A DNA stretch of 64,000 bases from Chthoniobacteraceae bacterium (GTDB lineage Bacteria; Verrucomicrobiota; Verrucomicrobiia; Chthoniobacterales; Chthoniobacteraceae). Within the stretch, counting starts at the first letter, position 1, and each line of letters opens with the position of its first letter. Location of the stretch: assembly GCA_031409335.1 (NCBI GenBank), contig JANNWY010000196.1, forward strand, positions 32,001 to 96,000, written 5' to 3'. The position numbers and the translations under genes are program-made. The notes beneath the pieces were generated by a model. That model was not told the DNA's origin, ran no database searches, and saw nothing but the letters and a program-made list of their open reading frames with translations. Positions 59,490-64,000 of the stretch are shown one piece after another.

Positions 59490-60310
59490 GCGCGCGCGCA
59501 CAACGGAGATCAGCACAGCCACGAATCGGTGCGTTCACGTTGGTCGAGTTGCTCGTGGTGATTGGTCTCATCGCGGTGCTGGCCGCGGTGCTCCTGCCTA
59601 TCCTTCATGCCGCAAAGGTGAGTTCGTACGCGGCGCGCAGCACGAACAGCCTGCGTCAACTCGTGGCCGCAAACATCACGTATTCCGCGGAGAAAGGCTT
59701 CTACGTTCCCGCGGACAACCGCCGGAACAATCGGCGCTGGCACGGTGGCCGCACTTCGCCGAAAGAGCCATTCGATCCGGCGCGGGGATTCCTCGCGGAG
59801 TATCTGGGAAAATCGCGCGCGGTCACGCCGGACCCCTTTTTCAGCGACATGCTGAAGGACGGAAAGACCTTCGAGGAAGGCACGGGTGGCTATGGCTACA
59901 ACGCGTCTTACGTCGGCGGCACTCCCGAGTGGGGGTGGAATCCGGACGGGACAAGGCAATCCGCCGTGCCCGCGGCGATCGAGCGTCCGGCGACGACGAT
60001 GATGTTTGCGACTTCCGCCTATGCGCGTGAAAACGGCGTGCAGGAGTATCCCTACGCCGAGCCGCCGTTCTGGGATTTCGGCGACGGCCCGGTCGCGCAT
60101 CGCCCGTCGCCGACAGTCCACTTTCGCTACAACGGGCGGGCGCTCGTCGGCTGGTGCGACGGCCATGTGAGTTCCGAAGAAAGAGTCGTGCGCGCGGACG
60201 GCGAAAATCCACACTCGGGAAATGCGGAGGCGCAGAATCTCGGGTGGTTCGGCTCGGACGAGGAGAACGGCTTTTGGAATCCGCGCCGAGTCGGCCCCAG
60301 GGGGCGCTGA
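59486..60310 (+). CDS. Type IV prepilin-like protein with N-methylation motif and H-X9-DG-type C-terminus (DUF1559-like)
   Basis: GAFTLVELLVVIGLIAVLAAVLLP, STNSLRQL, GYGYN, C-terminal HFRYNGRALVGWCDGHV. ATGA-coupled to the upstream gene. Confidence 0.9.
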   Translation: MSARAQRRSAQPRIGAFTLVELLVVIGLIAVLAAVLLPILHAAKVSSYAARSTNSLRQLVAANITYSAEKGFYVPADNRRNNRRWHGGRTSPKEPFDPARGFLAEYLGKSRAVTPDPFFSDMLKDGKTFEEGTGGYGYNASYVGGTPEWGWNPDGTRQSAVPAAIERPATTMMFATSAYARENGVQEYPYAEPPFWDFGDGPVAHRPSPTVHFRYNGRALVGWCDGHVSSEERVVRADGENPHSGNAEAQNLGWFGSDEENGFWNPRRVGPRGR

Positions 60311-60318
60311 TCGGGGCT

Positions 60319-61956
60319 TCAGGCTGCGACCGCCGACTGCGATTCCTCCGCGCCGGACGCCACCAGCACGGCGCGGCGCAACTCGGCGGCGCTGACGGGT
60401 TTTGCGACGATGAGGGCGATGCCCTCGGGCAAGGTTCCGCGCGCCTGCATTTCATCGCCAAATCCGGTCAGCAAAATCACCGGCGTGCCGGGGGCGGTGC
60501 CGTGGATGGCGCGCGCGAGTTGCTCGCCGCTCATTCCCGGCATGGATTGGTCAGTGACGACGAGATCGAATCGCGCGGGATTGAATTTCGCCATCGCATC
60601 GTTTCCGTCGCACGCGATTTCCACGGAGTGGCCGTCGGCGCGCAGATATTCGGCGATCAGTTCGCAGATGATTTCCTGATCGTCGGCGACGAGGATGCGG
60701 AGGTTCCGTGAAGTCCCGGTTTCCACCGATTCCACGCAGACGTGCGATTGCGGGGCGGCCAGCGGCAGGCTGATGTGAAAGGTCGTGCCGCGGCCGATCT
60801 CGCTCGTGATTTCGATCGTTCCGCCATGCCGCTGGATGATGCCATACACCACCGACAGGCCGAGCCCGGTTCCGCGTTCGCCCTTCGTCGTGAAGAACGG
60901 TTCGAGACAGCGCGCGCGATCTTCTTCGCTCATGCCCGTGCCGGAATCGGCCACCGCGACAGTCGCGAATTCCCCCTGCATTCCCGTGGTCGCGACGATC
61001 TTCCCGCCATTCGGCATCGCATCGACCGCGTTGAAAATCAGATTGGTCAAAACCTCGCGCAACTCCGCCGCATTCCCGGCGATCGGCGCGGATGCCTGCA
61101 GGTTCGTGAGCACTTCGATTTGCACGCCGTCCGAGCGCGCCTTGCCTTTCCATTTCGGCGCGGTGAGCGAGACGGCTTGGGTCACGGTCTCGTTGAGATC
61201 GACGGGCACGCGCACGTCGTTGCACGTCGCAGGCCGGTAAAATTCCCGCAGCCGGCTGACGACGTGCGTCGCATCCTGCGCGGCGGCGATCATGTGGCGC
61301 AGATACGCGATTTCGCGCTCCGGCCCGCTTTGCAGCATGTATGGGAGCAGCAGCTCGCCGTAGCCGAGCACCATCGTCAGCGCGTTGTTGAAATCGTGCG
61401 CGATGCCGCCGGCCATCATGCCGAGCGCGCTCAGGCGTTCCTGCTTCACCACATGCTCCTGCGTCGAGCGGAGTTCCGCGAGCAATTCCTCCAGCCGCGC
61501 CGTCCGTTCGCGGACCAACTCTTCCAGACCGAGGTTCTGCTTTTGCAATTCAAGATGCAGAAAGCGGTTTTCGAGCAGGTTGTTGATGCGCAGGACGACT
61601 TCAAAATTATCCAGCGGCTTGGTGACGAGATCCTTCGCGCCAGCGGCGAGCGCGCGGCGTTTGGTGTCGATCGTGACATCCGCGGTGAGCACGAGGATCG
61701 GCAGATAATCCTCGGGATCGACGGCGGCCTTCAATTGCTCGATCACCGCGAAACCATCGAGGTGCGGCATGTGCAGATCGAGCAGCACGAGGTCCGGGCG
61801 AAATTCAAAATACAGCGCCAGCGCCGTCCGCGAATCCGTCGTGCTTTTCACCGCCGCGCAGCCAAACATTTCCAGCACGCGTTCCAGCAACCGGATGTTC
61901 GACGGCTCATCATCGACGATGAGGACGCGGGCCTTGTTGAGCAATGGTTGAGGCAT
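60319..61956 (-). CDS. Cytoplasmic hybrid histidine kinase (REC-HisKA-HATPase-REC)
   Basis: LIVDDE..DLVLLDLHMP, GIAHDFNNAL, NLIFNAVDAM, DSGTGM, FFTTK..GTGLGL, LVADD..DLVVTDQSMP. Confidence 0.95.
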   Translation of the reverse strand: MPQPLLNKARVLIVDDEPSNIRLLERVLEMFGCAAVKSTTDSRTALALYFEFRPDLVLLDLHMPHLDGFAVIEQLKAAVDPEDYLPILVLTADVTIDTKRRALAAGAKDLVTKPLDNFEVVLRINNLLENRFLHLELQKQNLGLEELVRERTARLEELLAELRSTQEHVVKQERLSALGMMAGGIAHDFNNALTMVLGYGELLLPYMLQSGPEREIAYLRHMIAAAQDATHVVSRLREFYRPATCNDVRVPVDLNETVTQAVSLTAPKWKGKARSDGVQIEVLTNLQASAPIAGNAAELREVLTNLIFNAVDAMPNGGKIVATTGMQGEFATVAVADSGTGMSEEDRARCLEPFFTTKGERGTGLGLSVVYGIIQRHGGTIEITSEIGRGTTFHISLPLAAPQSHVCVESVETGTSRNLRILVADDQEIICELIAEYLRADGHSVEIACDGNDAMAKFNPARFDLVVTDQSMPGMSGEQLARAIHGTAPGTPVILLTGFGDEMQARGTLPEGIALIVAKPVSAAELRRAVLVASGAEESQSAVAA

Positions 61957-62069
61957 GTTTGGGACGGGCTTGCCCGGCTTCCCTCCGGGCGGAAAGTGGC
62001 GGCATTTGTTCCCCTCTGGAAAAGCATGTGGTATGCCTCCGCCGTGCTTGCAGCCGCTTCCAAACCTTC

Positions 62070-62756
62070 ATGACGGTCCCCATCGACCGCCAAAGTTCCC
62101 GTGTGCGCAGCATGTTTTCCGCGATTGCGCGACGCTACGATTTCGCCAATCACCTACTCAGCGGCGGCCTCGATTTCTTTTGGAGAAAGCGCGCCGCCAA
62201 TCTCGTCCGAGCGTGGAAACCATCGCGGATTCTCGATCTTGCGACCGGCAGCGGCGATCTCGCGCTCACGATCCGTGCCGCGTGCCCCGACGCCGTGATT
62301 GTCGGCGCCGATTTCTGCCATCCGATGCTCCGCGTCGCGCAGAAAAAGGGCCTCGCACTGCTCGTCGTCGCGGATGGCCTCCGACTCCCTTTCACCGACG
62401 CCACGTTCGATGTGCTCACGATCGCCTTCGGCCTCCGCAATATGGAATCGTGGTCCGCCGGCCTCCGCGAAATGCGGCGGGTACTGAGCCCCGGCGGGCA
62501 TCTGCTCGTGCTGGATTTCTCCATCCCACCACCGCCGCTGCGCTGGATTTACCGGCCCTATCTCCACCACGCCATGCCGCGCATCGCGTCCTTCGTGACC
62601 GGGCAAAAGTCCGCGTATGACTACCTCGGCGAATCGATCGAGCAATTTCCCCACGGCGAAGCCATGTGCGCGCTTCTCCGCGAAGCAGGATTTGCCGAAT
62701 CCACGTGCGAACCGCTCAGCGGCGGCATCGTTTCGCTCTATACGGCAGGGTGTTGA
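62070..62756 (+). CDS. ubiE: Ubiquinone/menaquinone biosynthesis C-methyltransferase (UbiE/MenG)
   Basis: VRSMFSAIARRYDFANHLLSGG, ILDLATGSGD, IAFGLRN, AYDYLGESI. Confidence 0.92.
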   Translation: MTVPIDRQSSRVRSMFSAIARRYDFANHLLSGGLDFFWRKRAANLVRAWKPSRILDLATGSGDLALTIRAACPDAVIVGADFCHPMLRVAQKKGLALLVVADGLRLPFTDATFDVLTIAFGLRNMESWSAGLREMRRVLSPGGHLLVLDFSIPPPPLRWIYRPYLHHAMPRIASFVTGQKSAYDYLGESIEQFPHGEAMCALLREAGFAESTCEPLSGGIVSLYTAGC

Positions 62757-63445
62757 ACGGGCCGTGCTTTCACCAGCAGGAAGACAATCAATCCGAGCGT
62801 GGCCGCGGATGAAATGAGGGAACTCGCGCTCTGCACGCGGAAAAATTCGCCGGCCAGTTGCGGCGATGTCTGGCGGAGGATGATCATCGGCGAGAGCGTG
62901 GTGCCGACTAAGGAAAGGCCGTTTGCGAGCAGGAGGAAACCGCCGGTCCACCATGGATTTTGTGCAGTCCAGTTCAACATCGCGCTCACCCGCGAATCGG
63001 GGCGAGCGACCGCGAGCAGCGTCCAGATGAAGAGCCCGAGCGAGAGCAGTTTCGTGGCGCTGACTATCGCTGCAAAGGCCGCCGGACTGGTGGTGAGGGA
63101 AGCGCCTGCCAGCGCGAGGAGGGAATCCAAAACACCGAGTGCGCTTCGCAATGTGGTCCATCCCGCAACGCCTAAAATGAGCCACCAAAGCGCGCGACGT
63201 GGCAGCAGCGTGGACTCCGCTTTTTCAAACTCAGCCTCGATCTCTGCCGGGCTGCCGAGACGCCGGGTGGCGATGAGGAACGCTTCCGCGTCATTGAGGC
63301 CACGCTGATGGAGATCGGCGATGCTGTCGCTCAGATGGCTTTCGAGTTCGGCGATTTTGCCGGGTTCGAGATTGCCGCGCGCGGCGAGGTGAGTGGTCCA
63401 GTGGGCGCGGGCGGATGTCAGATCGAAGCGGGAGTGGGATTCCAT
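62738..63445 (-). CDS. Permease-prefix (HAAS-type) membrane protein, PadR partner
   Basis: ELESHLSDSIADLHQRGLNDAEAFLIATRRLG followed by four TM helices. Confidence 0.85.
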   Translation of the reverse strand: MESHSRFDLTSARAHWTTHLAARGNLEPGKIAELESHLSDSIADLHQRGLNDAEAFLIATRRLGSPAEIEAEFEKAESTLLPRRALWWLILGVAGWTTLRSALGVLDSLLALAGASLTTSPAAFAAIVSATKLLSLGLFIWTLLAVARPDSRVSAMLNWTAQNPWWTGGFLLLANGLSLVGTTLSPMIILRQTSPQLAGEFFRVQSASSLISSAATLGLIVFLLVKARPVQHPAV

Positions 63446-63756
63446 AGGGTGTTGAGGGTTTGATGCACGGAGAGCCATTGCTGTTGCTCGGTCCTGAGCG
63501 CAGCGCCGCCAGGTTTGGTGAGGCGGTAGTATTTTCGCTTTCGACCCGTGTCAGAGTCCTTCCACTGCGCTTCGATGAGACCCTCGTCTTCGAGACGGTG
63601 GAGCACCGGGTAAAGCATTCCTTCGGTCCAATTCAGCTCACCGCCGGAGAGTTCCTTCACACGCTGGATGAGCGCGTAGCCGTAGCTTTCGCCATCGGAT
63701 AGGAGCGAAAGCAGGAGCGGTCGCGTGGAGGCGGCGACGAGTTCTCGATTGAGCAT
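63418..63756 (-). CDS. PadR family transcriptional regulator
   Basis: LLSDGESYGYALIQRV, EGMLYPVLHRLEDEGLI, RKRKYYRLT. Confidence 0.95.
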   Translation of the reverse strand: MLNRELVAASTRPLLLSLLSDGESYGYALIQRVKELSGGELNWTEGMLYPVLHRLEDEGLIEAQWKDSDTGRKRKYYRLTKPGGAALRTEQQQWLSVHQTLNTLWNPTPASI

Positions 63757-63763
63757 GGGGATA

Positions 63764-63792
63764 GAGATACATAGCTCAACGAGGTATGTCAA
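63764..63792 (-). promoter_or_regulatory. Putative sigma70 promoter with overlapping imperfect palindrome upstream of padR
   Basis: Minus strand TTGACA-17 nt-TATCTC, 7 nt before the ATG; atacatag/cgaggtat imperfect inverted repeat lies between and over the boxes. Confidence 0.5.
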
Positions 63793-63909
63793 CTCGTTGT
63801 GCGGAAGACATGGCCTGAGCACGGGAAACTGAAACCAGTTCGATGTCCTGATTTCCTCCCGAACCGCTGTGATGGTATGAAACCAAAAAACGAAATCCTC
63901 AAACTTCAC

Positions 63910-64000
63910 ATGAACATCACATCCCGCCTCCTCATCACTGCCCTCTGCACGTCCGCCTTGCTCCTTCCAACGCCACTTCTCGCCGCGAAAGGCGGGAAGA
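63910..64000 (+). CDS. Exported protein, N-terminus only (runs off window)
   Basis: MNITSRLLITALCTSALLLPTPLLAAKGGK, a classic signal peptide. Confidence 0.6.
   Translation, partial: MNITSRLLITALCTSALLLPTPLLAAKGGK

Overview
This is a GC-rich, gene-dense bacterial chromosomal window, very probably from Verrucomicrobiota (PVC superphylum). The inference rests on PEP-CTERM proteins, PSD1/planctomycete cytochrome c, DUF1552, a stand-alone SWIB protein and an H-X9-DG prepilin-like protein. Housekeeping genes include mfd, accBC, purD, icd, sufT and ubiE/menG. The window also holds a decayed hen1-pnkp RNA-repair locus split by an AAA_14/DUF4143 ATPase, a large MoxR/DUF58/DUF4350/DUF4129/SpoIIM/RDD cluster with zinc-finger membrane proteins, and several signalling genes. 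The most interesting locus (57081-60310) is a cobalamin riboswitch with a visible L5-L13 kissing loop. It heads a three-gene operon: a DUF4465 PEP-CTERM protein, a BtuH-like surface protein and a type IV pilin-like H-X9-DG protein, with no btuB or btuFCD. This is a candidate non-canonical B12 capture system. A second theme is many unrelated short palindromic and 6/7/9-mer repeat elements, several sitting in frame inside proteins (three in Mfd alone). I saw no rRNA, tRNA, CRISPR array or transposase. All family assignments come from motif recognition by eye, not database searches.
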